This document shows, in pieces, positions 29,562 to 38,866 of a stretch of 64,000 nt of DNA; positions within the stretch are counted from its first letter, which is position 1; each line of letters opens with the position of its first letter. The stretch is from Macrostomum lignano (lineage: Eukaryota). The stretch is from assembly GCA_002269645.1 (NCBI GenBank), contig NIVC01000968.1:1-64000 (forward strand), written 5' to 3'. The notes beneath the pieces were generated by a model. It ran no database searches, was not told where the DNA came from, and worked only from the letters and a program-made list of their open reading frames with translations. Position numbers and translations under genes: made by a program.

Positions 29562-30845
29562 GAGTGAAAATCAGATCAAAATCTGCCATTCTCAGGGAGT
29601 GAAAATCTGATCAAAGTCTGCCATTCTCAGGGAGTGAAAATCTGATCAAAGTCTGCCATTCTCAGGGAGTGAAAATCTGATCAAAGTCTGCCATTCTCAG
29701 GGAGTGAAAATCTGATCGAAATCTGCCATTCTCAGGGAGTGAAAATCTGATCAAAATCTGCCATTCTCAGGGAGTGAAAATCTGATCAAAATCTGCCATT
29801 CTCAGGGAGTGAAAATCTGATCAAAATCTGCCATTCTCAGGGAGTGAAAATCCGATGAAATCCGCTATACTCAGGGAGTGAAAATCCGATGAAATCCGCT
29901 ATACTCAGGGAGTGAAAATCCGATGAAATCCGCTATACTCAGGGAGTGAAAATTCGATGAAAATCCGCTATACTCGGAGTGAAAATCCGATGAAATCCGC
30001 TATACTCAGGGAGTGAAAATCCGATAAAGTCCGCTATACTCAGGGAGTGAAAATCCGATGAAATCCGCTATACTCAGGGAGTGAAAATCCGATGAAATCC
30101 GCTATACTCAGGGAGTGAAAATCCGATAAAGTCCGCTATACTCAGGGAGTGAAAATCCGATGAAATCCGCTATACTCAGGGAGTGAAAATCCGATAAAGT
30201 CCGCTATACTCAGGGAGTGAAAATCCGATAAAGTCCGCTATACTCAGGGAGTGAAAATCCGATGAAAATCCGCTATACTCGGAGTGAAAATCCGATGAAA
30301 TCCGCTATACTCAAGGAGTAAAAATCCGATAAAGTCCGCTATACTCAGGGAGTGAAAATCCGATGAAATCCGCTATACTCAGGGAGTGAAAATCCGATAA
30401 AGTCCGCTATACTCAGGGAGTGAAAATCCGATAAAGTCCGCTATACTCAGGGAGTGAAAATCCGATGAAATCCGCTATACTCAGGGAGTGAAAATCCGAT
30501 AAAGTCCGCTATACTCAGGGAGTGAAAATCCGATAAAGTCCGCTATACTCAGGGAGTGAAAATCCGATAAAGTCCGCTATACTCAGGGAGTGAAAATCCG
30601 ATGAAATCCGCTATACTCAGGGAGTGAAAATCCGATGAAATCCGCTATACTCAGGGAGTGAAAATCCGATAAAGTCCGCTATACTCAGGGAGTGAAAATC
30701 CGATGAAATCCGCTATACTCAGGGAGTGAAAATCCGATGAAATCCGCTATACTCAGGGAGTGAAAATCCGATGAAATCCGCTATACTCAGGGAGTGAAAA
30801 TCCGATGAAATCCGCTATACTCAGGGAGTGAAAATCCGATGAAAA
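29562..30845. repeat. 35-bp to 34-bp minisatellite directly downstream of the Crk stop codon
   Basis: CTCAGGGAGTGAAAATCTGATCAAAATCTGCCATT switches near 29845 to CTCAGGGAGTGAAAATCCGATGAAATCCGCTATA. Confidence 0.95.
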
Positions 30846-30938
30846 CGGCAAGTCTCAGAAAGTGCAGTAAAACTGTCCTAAGATAAAATATCGGTCGCAG
30901 AATTCGCCACAGAATACAGAACGCCCAAGATCCAGGTG

Positions 30939-31360
30939 TCACAGAGCCACAGCAGTGCTCTCAACGTACTCGTCAAGAGTGCAGCCAGATGCCTGGCTGA
31001 CCCGATTGCCCGGCCGACAGGAGGCGGCGCTGTTGCTTGACAAGCCGGAATGTCGGCAGTGGTCAGCGTGATGCTCCTGCGACAGCGGTCGCACATAGTT
31101 GAAGGGGAACACGCCCTCGGCTTTAGTTCGCAGGTTCACTCCGTACCACAGCTCGGGACTGTTTGGGTCCATCTTTTTCACCCGGATGTGGTCTCCGGGC
31201 TCCATCCGCAGCTGGCTGGTATCGAATATATTCGGATTGCGAGGCCGTACAACTTCTACATCGAATGGCAAGTTGAGCTGGAGGAGTACGGCGAATTTGC
31301 CGTCCTCTCCGCCAGGATTGCTCTGGCGAAGGCACGACTTTGGCACGCAGCCAACTTCAC
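30939..31360 (-). CDS. crk: Crk/CrkL-like adaptor, exon 5 (end of nSH3, cSH3, tail)
   Basis: cacttgcag|GT GAA, phase 1. Encodes GEVGCVPKSCL, then PFDVEVVRPRNPNIFDTSQLRMEPGDHIRV...WYG...GVFPFNYV, matching the Crk cSH3 signature (RVPNAYDKTALALEVGE...FPFTHV). TGA at 30941-30939. Confidence 0.9.
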
Positions 31361-31395
31361 CTGCAAGTGGGTAGGTCTGGGGCAGTTAGTAAATT

Positions 31396-33355
31396 GCTAC
31401 CCATGCTGATCAGTCAGCTACCCATACTGATCAGTCAGCTATCCATGCTGATCAGTCAGCTATCCATGCTGATCAGTCAGCTATCCATGCTGATCAGTCA
31501 GCTACCCATGCTGATCAGTCAGATACCCATACTGATCAGTCAGCTACCCATGCTGATCAGTCAGCTATCCATGCTGATCAGTCAGCTATCCATGCTGATC
31601 AGTCAGCTACCCATGCTGATCAGTCAGCTACCCATACTGATCAGTCAGCTATCCATGCTGATCAGTCAGCTACCCATGCTGATCAGTCAGCTACCCATAC
31701 TGATCAGTCAGCTACCCATGCTGATCAGTCAGCTATCCATGCTGATCAGTCAGCTACCCATACTGATCAGTCAGCTACCCACGCTGATCAGTCAGCTACC
31801 CATACTGATCAGTCAGCTACCCACGCTGATCAGTCAGCTATCCACGCTGATCAGTCAGCTACCCACGCTGATCAGTCAGCTACCCACGCTGATCAGTCAG
31901 CTATCCATGCTGATCAGTCAGCTACCCACGCTGATCAGTCAGCTACCCATACTGATCAGTCAGCTATCCATGCTGATCAGTCAGCTATCCATGCTGATCA
32001 GTCAGCTATCCATGCTGATCAGTCAGCTACCCATGCTGATCAGTCAGCTACCCATACTGATCAGTCAGCTACCCATGCTGATCAGTCAGCTATCCATGCT
32101 GATCAGTCAGCTATCCATGCTGATCAGTCAGCTACCCATGCTGATCAGTCAGCTACCCATACTGATCAGTCAGCTATCCATGCTGATCAGTCAGCTACCC
32201 ATGCTGATCAGTCAGCTACCCATACTGATCAGTCAGCTACCCATGCTGATCAGTCAGCTATCCATGCTGATCAGTCACCTACCCATACTGATCAGTCAGC
32301 TACCCACGCTGATCAGTCAGCTACCCATACTGATCAGTCAGCTACCCACGCTGATCAGTGAGCTATCCACGCTGATCAGTCAGCTACCCATGCTGATCAG
32401 TCAGCTACCCACGCTGATCAGTCAGCTATCCATGCTGATCAGTCAGCTACCCACGCTGATCAGTCAGCTACCCATACTGATCAGTCAGCTACCCACGCTG
32501 ATCAGTCAGCTATCCACGCTGATCAGTCAGCTACCCACGCTGATCAGTCAGCTATCCACGCTGATCAGTCAGCTACCCACGCTGATCAGTCAGCTACCCA
32601 CGCTGATCAGTCAGCTATCCACGCTGATCAGTCAGCTACCCACGCTGATCAGTCAGCTACCCACGCTGATCAGTCAGCTACCCACGCTGATCAGTCAGCT
32701 ACCCATGCTGATCAGTCAGCTACCCACGCTGATCAGTCAGCTATCCATGCTGATCAGTCAGCTACCCACGCTGATCAGTCAGCTATCCATGCTGATCAGT
32801 CAGCTATCCATGCTGATCAGTCAGCTATCCATGCTGATCAGTCAGCTATCCATGCTGATCAGTCAGCTACCCATACTGATCAGTCAGCTACCCACGCTGA
32901 TCAGTCAGCTATCCATGCTGATCAGTCAGCTACCCACGCTGATCAGTCAGCTATCCACGCTGATCAGTCAGCTATCCACGCTGATCAGTCAGCTACCCAC
33001 GCTGATCAGTCAGCTATCCACGCTGATCAGTCAGCTATCCACGCTGATCAGTCAGCTACCCACGCTGATCAGTCAGCTATCCATGCTGATCAGTCAGCTA
33101 CCCACGCTGATCAGTCAGCTATCCATGCTGATCAGTCAGCTACCCACGCTGATCAGTCAGCTATCCATGCTGATCAGTCAGCTACCCACGCTGATCAGTC
33201 AGCTATCCATGCTGATCAGTCAGCTACCCACGCTGATCAGTCAGCTATCCATGCTGATCAGTCAGCTATCCATGCTGATCAGTCAGCTACCAATGCTGAT
33301 CAGTCAGCTACCCATGCTGATCAGTCAGCTACCCACGCTGATCAGTCAGCTACCC
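31396..33355. repeat. 21-bp minisatellite (~93 copies) filling Crk intron 4
   Basis: GCTGATCAGTCAGCTA(C/T)CCA(T/C) unit; the variant order repeats after 25 units (525-bp higher-order duplication). Confidence 0.97.
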
Positions 33356-33394
33356 CCCTCCACCCAGGAAACCCAGCTAATTTGTCAATCTCAC

Positions 33395-33557
33395 CCGTAT
33401 TCTTTTTCAACACGTGCCACCACTCGGCGTCTTCTGCTCCGTCCGGCTTGGTGGCCACATCCAGGAACAGTACGCATTCGTTGCGGCGCAGGCCAATCGC
33501 AGAGGCATCCGAATCGGGCCTGTAGTCAATTTTAACCCGGTAAACCGGTCGCGGCGC
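33395..33557 (-). CDS. crk: Crk exon 4 (divergent nSH3)
   Basis: caaacag|GCG ... ACG G|gtgag. Encodes APRPVYRVKIDYRPDSD...EDAEWWHVLKKNT, an SH3 with the WW motif. Confidence 0.85.
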
Positions 33558-33708
33558 CTGTTTGATTGAGACAATTTTTAATGTTAAATAGCTTTGCTGG
33601 CTACTGATAGTAGGTGAAGTGAAGTGATGTCTTATAATTGGCTCGAAAAAATATTAAAAAATGTAAGCTAATGTGCCATGACACACACAATGACAAAATC
33701 AAGCTCAC

Positions 33709-33868
33709 AGGAACAGTTAAGGTGGAATCAACCAGCTTATTCTTCTTATAGTAGTTCAGTATATCCTGAATGAATAGAAATTCAGTTGGACCAATTCTGA
33801 ACTTGAAGCCATCGCTGTTTTTGCGCGGCAAAACAACTATTTTGTAGTGATTGGTCTGCTGCGTGTCC
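33709..33868 (-). CDS. crk: Crk exon 3 (SH2 C-terminal half)
   Basis: aatttcag|G GAC ... CCT|gtgagc. Encodes TNHYKI...FRIGPTEF...ILNYYKKNKLVDSTLTVP, similar to Crk SHYII...FKIGDQEF...LLEFYKIHYLDTTTLIEP. Confidence 0.9.
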
Positions 33869-33954
33869 CTGAAATTCAAGTTATTTGTGAATTATGATTA
33901 GGTTTTAGCGAGCTGTTGGGACTAATGATAATTAACAAGGATTTAGAAACTCAC

Positions 33955-34074
33955 CGAACACTCAGAACAAAACTACCTCGTTCAGTTTTGCTGGCACGCA
34001 CAAGGTACATGCCAACCTGGCCGCTCAGTAGAATCTCATTGGCCTGCTCTCGATTTATGCTGCCAAAGTACCAA
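33955..34074 (-). CDS. crk: Crk exon 2 (SH2 N-terminal half)
   Basis: cattctag|T TGG ... GTT CG|gtgag. Encodes WYFGSINREQANEILLSGQVGMYLVRASKTERGSFVLSVR (FLVRxS-type pTyr pocket). Confidence 0.92.
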
Positions 34075-34849
34075 CTAGAATGGGGAAAATATTAATTTGC
34101 TTTGTTAACAGTGTTGTAGATAAGGCGAGAGAAAAGGGAGAGAAAAGGAGAGGCATGGCACCCCAGCTGATAAGATTTATGCTTGTCTCAAATCTTAATT
34201 TAACTCAAATTTAGTCAATTTTTGTTTACTTGTCTATCCAAACAAGTGTTTGTTTAAATGAGTTTAGATTTAAGAATTTATACAAACATAGTTCTAGGGA
34301 TTGAAACTACAGGTTCAAAAACCATGGGTTTCAACAGCTTTTTTATTGAAAAAAATCTAATATAGCTAAAACAGCCAAAACCTTTGCAATAGAGCCTAAA
34401 AAGCATTTTTAAAGCTTGAAATATACAAGGAAAAGGGATTTGCCATTTTTGCTATCTCTTGCTATAAATTGTATTGGTAATTTCTTTGCTCTTATAGCAG
34501 ACAATTTTGCATATTAACAGTAGAACTACCAAGAGGGTGGGGACATTCCCCCCCCCCCCTGACTTTTCTTGCTGCGCCGGAACGGAGCAACGCAGGCACA
34601 CGAAATTCAAGACCATGGACTAACTTCTTGTTGCGCACCTTCTCGAGATATTTGACAATTCTGCCAGAAGGTCAGATTTTTCCCATAAGCCTTAGTGTAT
34701 TCAGTATACCCCTGTGTGCCAATCAGCACTGCACCTCAATGCAGCCTTGCCAAGTCTCCAAATTTCATCAGCACATCGACCGCATGTGTCTGCATCAGCT
34801 CTGACTTCATTGGTCACTAGCCTTCACCCAGGCGGAGCTTCTGGACTTT

Positions 34850-35149
34850 CAATAGGTGGCACCAGGTGACTATGGACACGCTTTTGCAAATTCTCTAGTT
34901 TCGCTGATAAAGCCTCCACAGTGGGCAAAAATCAACTGCTGGACATCCTCACCTAGTCTCTTGAGCATTCCGTCATCAACCCGATGCCATTGGCACCTTC
35001 AACAGATGACACCAGGTGATTATGAGTAGCCTGATAAGAATTTCTTGAGTTTTGCTAATCAAGCCTCGACAGTAGGCAAGCCTTAACTGCTGGAAACCCT
35101 CAGCTAGTCTCTCAAGCATTCTGTCATCACCCCGATGCTGTTGGCACCT
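34850..35149. repeat. Two diverged tandem copies of a ~150-bp unit
   Basis: ACCAGGTGA at 34861 and 35011; AACTGCTGGA...CCCGATGC..TTGGCACCT recurs with the same period. Confidence 0.75.
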
Positions 35150-36066
35150 GGGGTGCGCGCATTGAAACGTTACACTTACTATTTTTCGTTTTCGTTTTTG
35201 GGGGCTATAAATTCAAACACGAGTGACATTAGAGAGTCTAAAGTTTAAATACAAAATTTGATTCCATTTGCTCTTGAGATTCGAAAAAAGATAGTCGAAA
35301 AGCTTCGCGCGGATAAGAAGCCAGCGTCAATTGCAAGACAGCTTGGTGTCTCAAGAATGCGAGTCTACCGAACCAAAAAGCTCCTTAACGAGACTGGGGA
35401 CACGTCGACACGAAAGCTCGGCATGGCGGTGGGCGCTCCCGCACATCTCGCACTGCTGCCACGATTCGAGCCATAAAACAACGGATTCATCGAAATCCCA
35501 GGGCATGCACAGCAGGGCTGTTGTTGCCCAGCACAGTGTGTCTGCCAATCAGAAGCGCTGTCGTACAGAGGGCCAGAGGTCTGCTGGACTGGCTAAAGTC
35601 CCATGGTGGACTCGTGCACGTCTTCCCGGACGAGAAGCTGTTCACCATCGATGCTGTCGTCAACAGGCGAAATGATCGCTGCATCGTCTCTGGGCCAGTT
35701 TCGGAGCTCCCAAGCAATGTTCGGGTGATTCGACACTGCAAGCACCCTGCCTCGGTGATGGTTCTGGGCGTCATCACGTCTGATGACCAAAAGTGCCCAC
35801 CAATCTTCATCGAGGCTGGTGTGAAAATTAACTCGGCAACGTACCAGGAGCTACTGAGGACACAAGTCTTGCCCTGGTTGCAGCAGAGGTACATAGGAGG
35901 TGACTACGTGTTTCAGCAGGATGGCACTCCAGCTCATACTGCGAGGACAATGCAGGCGTTTTTGGGGGCCAACTTCAGCAATTTCTGGAGTAAGGACATC
36001 TGGCCTCCCTCATCGCCTGATTTGAACCCATTAGACTTCTATTTCTGGGCGCGTGTGGAGAGGTAG
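35150..36066 (+). mobile_element. Decayed Tc1/mariner transposon, DD37D (maT/Bmmar1-like)
   Basis: HTH fragment (IARQLGVSRMRVYR), frameshift to GGGRSRTSRT...RIHRNP, internal deletion, then FPDEKLF, FQQDGTPAH and SPDLNPLDF with 37 residues between D2 and D3. 3' end truncated; no TIR pair seen. Confidence 0.9.
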
Positions 36067-36173
36067 AGAGAGAGAAGAGAGGTCATGGCGTATTAAAATA
36101 TTATTTTAGAAAATCGGCTACCAGTTTCAAGCCTCTGGGCCCTTTGTCAGGTCAAAAATCTGTGTGTAATGCA

Positions 36174-36447
36174 CATACATGCGCAACAGTCGGCCGAGTC
36201 GGCCGATCCGGCCGACCGATTTGGCGGCCAATCAAGGAAGTCGCAAAACTGCCCACCCGAAAAAATACCAAAGTAGTAGTACTAAGTAGCTGACGAGGCA
36301 TTTTGCCTAAAAAAGACAGTCATAGTTACTCCTGCCGTTTACCCAAAGTTGCGTTAATTTGGCGTTTGGGTTTTTTTACATGTAAGTCGCATTTTTGTTA
36401 AAACTAAGTCGCATGGCCGACCGAATTTTGAAGGTTGTGCATGTATG
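36174..36447. mobile_element. 274-bp hAT-type MITE
   Basis: Terminal inverted repeats CATACATGCGCAAC / GTTGTGCATGTATG (13/14). Perfect 8-bp TSD GTAATGCA at 36166-36173 and 36448-36455. Subterminal GGCCGA motifs. Confidence 0.88.
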
Positions 36448-36949
36448 GTAATGCAAAGCAAGTTGGTCTTTAAAGTATTATTTTTCTTAGTCTGATAAAA
36501 TTGATGAGTAGTTGTACATATGAGGGATGTACATTTAAAACCCTGTTTTGTCTAGCTCTAACTTGACCCAGAGGCTTTTCACCATTCATTTCAATTGACA
36601 GTATATTATATAAAAATGTTTTTTTCGAAGTACTATACAATTAGATGAAATGCAGGTATTGGAGGTAGGAGCATAAAAATCAATATTTGTGCATACAATC
36701 AAGTAGTTTGGATAAAATAAATGACAAAGTGAATAAATATTGTACTTCAATAGGGTAAAGTGAGCGCATTGGTTAAAATGATTTAATGGTTTCCTGGCTG
36801 AGACTTAAATTTATTGGGAGCCAGGAGGCTCTGTAAATTATGTTGCCATGTAAATGCGGGCAGTATGTGGGAGCCTGTTTTTTTGTAGCTTATCAAAGTT
36901 TTTAGCAATTGTGTTGGCCAGCCAGACCATAGATAGGTGAAAATATGAA

Positions 36950-38720
36950 AAGGAAGGACCAATGGAATGGGTCAGAGAAGATGATTGTCAACCCTGATGT
37001 TCATACCCGGCGGTTTGTCAGACCCCAGTTTTTTAATACAGATTTCTTCCCTTAGTTTGATTTTGTTGTTATTAAGAACCTGTTCAATGGCAATAGTGAC
37101 AAAGTTTACAATCGAGTGATTGGGAGTGAGAAAGTGCTCTGACCCTGAAGTAACAATTATCCTGTTAATATTTGACCTGTGCTGGTTCATTTTATCTCTC
37201 ATTGTTCTTCTAGTCATACCTTTGACTTACTTGACTTAGCTGCAGGGCTGTCCTAGAGGGGACAGCGGGAAGGCGCGAGCGCCCATTCCGCTAATCCCTG
37301 AACGTTCTAGTCATACCTACATAGAGGATTTCCCAGGGTGGCACTGGTTATAGGAGATGCCATAGATGATGCTCTTGGAGCCACAGGATAGGCTCTAAGA
37401 GATTAAGAAACTGGAAGCCGGTCCTAGTCCCTGGGCAGAGAGAGCATGCAGTGAGTGGGTGCAGCATTTGCAGTGGGATGACCCACAGGGATGGAACCCT
37501 TTGGGAAGCAGACCCAGATTGGTCATTGGTCCTGCAGTCCAGTTCATAAGTTAGAGGATTTCCTTTTTGCAGTTTCTAAGAAAAATCTTTGAGTAGCCTA
37601 ATTACTTGAGTTCCAATTTTAAAGAATTGAAAGCATTGTTGAAAGACTTGTAGTCATCATAGATTTGAGCGTACCAAAGGACTTAGGATTTTACTACCCC
37701 CTTGAAAGTGTGTGACGGATGGAAGGATTGTCGGTATAGCAATCTATGAGTGTCTGTTTCTTTCAAAAACAGTTGTATTGTGAAGCAGTTTTCAGCTTTC
37801 TTGATGGTCATGTCAAGGAAACTGACCTTAGTTGATGAGGAGCTGACGGTGAGTTTAATGTTGGGGTTGATTGAATTCAGGTATCAAACAAACAAATTCT
37901 GTCAGAGCTTCAGCCGGGTGGTCTGACCCAGTGAATGAAGATATCATCTATGTACCTAAAATAAATTTTTGGCTTAAAAAGAGCAGTTCTCAAGGCAGTT
38001 TCTTACCAGAGGCTCATGAAGAGACAGGCAAAGCTGGACATAAAGATGCACCCCATAGCTGTGCCTCTAAGTTGTAGGAAGATCATTTTGTCAAATTCAA
38101 AGTCATTCCTATACAAACACAGTTCCAGTAGCTTTATTAACTCAGCATCTGGTCTAATGGGATCCGGGTATCGGTTAAAGAATTCCTAGATCATTGCAAT
38201 GCCCTGGTCTATAGGGATCATAGAATATAGACTCTTGACATCACAAGTTGCCAGAGTTGAAATTTCTATGTAGCATTTATCCATAAGGTGTGCCTTGAAG
38301 TCATAGGAGTCCTTAATGAAAGTGGGTTGTGCTTGGGCAATTGGTTTAAGAAAGAAGTCTATATACTTTTTTGTCCCAATAGCTTCAGAACTGTATCCGC
38401 TAACAATAGGTCTACCTACTAGGACCCAAAAGGGGATCAGCCAGGTGGCCGGGTCCTTGTGAATTTTGGGGAGCAGGTAGAAATGCCAGGGAGAAGTTCT
38501 CTCTAGGAGAAAGAAAAGAAAACTGTTTCTTAGTTATGAACTTTCTATTACATGTCTGCCAACCAGAAGTGCAGTCATAATTTGTAATTTTTATTTTGGT
38601 GTATTTTTGTATGCGATAGAAAGTTTGTTGGTATACATGAGCTATAGAAGCAATTCTCATTCTGGCATATACAGTGGTAGGCCTACACAATCCTGACCAT
38701 AGTAGTTTGACAAGATAAAA
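36950..38720 (-). mobile_element. Decayed Penelope-like retroelement (RT, Cys-rich linker, C-terminal GIY-YIG; Neptune-like)
   Basis: Hand translation gives FYLLPKIHK..GRPIVSG, DVKSLY, GTAMG, RYIDD, then PCG..CKCC, IIYGI...YVGMTR...QHRSNI...EHF..PNHS...KLREEICIKKL...PGMN. Several stops and frameshifts. Confidence 0.88.
37222..37304 (-). mobile_element. 83-bp 5'-truncated non-LTR (RTE-like LINE/SINE) 3' end inserted in the GIY-YIG domain
   Basis: 14-bp TSD TTCTAGTCATACCT at 37208-37221 and 37305-37318. Hairpin GCTGTCC-cctcta-GGACAGC followed by a TAAGTCAAGTAAGTCAA tail. Confidence 0.8.
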
Positions 38721-38822
38721 ATACATAGCAATGATTATACCTTCTTCATTAGGCTTAGGAGATGAAATGGTTTATCTTAATAAATGCAAATTAAAAAAAT
38801 TAATTCACAAAATGCAACTTAC

Positions 38823-38866
38823 TCTTCAGTCCCTTTCATACCCAATTTTGAAAAATCAGGCATCAT
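38823..38866 (-). CDS. crk: Crk exon 1
   Basis: ATG ATG CCT ... GAA GA|gtaagt: strong phase-2 donor that joins exon 2 to give MMPDFSKLGMKGTEDWYFG. Total 909 nt = 302 aa, the size of CrkII/CrkL. Confidence 0.7.

Noticed and set aside
31340-33535. 731-aa ORF (LISQLPM repeats)
   Set aside because: Stop-free reading of a 21-bp satellite lying antisense inside a Crk intron; no domain evidence.
34528-34700. Possible DNA-transposon terminal region
   Set aside because: Only a vague resemblance; no TIR partner or TSD.
36290-36311. Hammerhead-like CTGACGA-GGCA-TTT-TGCC-TAAA inside the MITE, near the Penelope element
   Set aside because: The essential GAAA is TAAA, I could not form stems I and III around an NUH site, and it lies on the strand opposite to the PLE.
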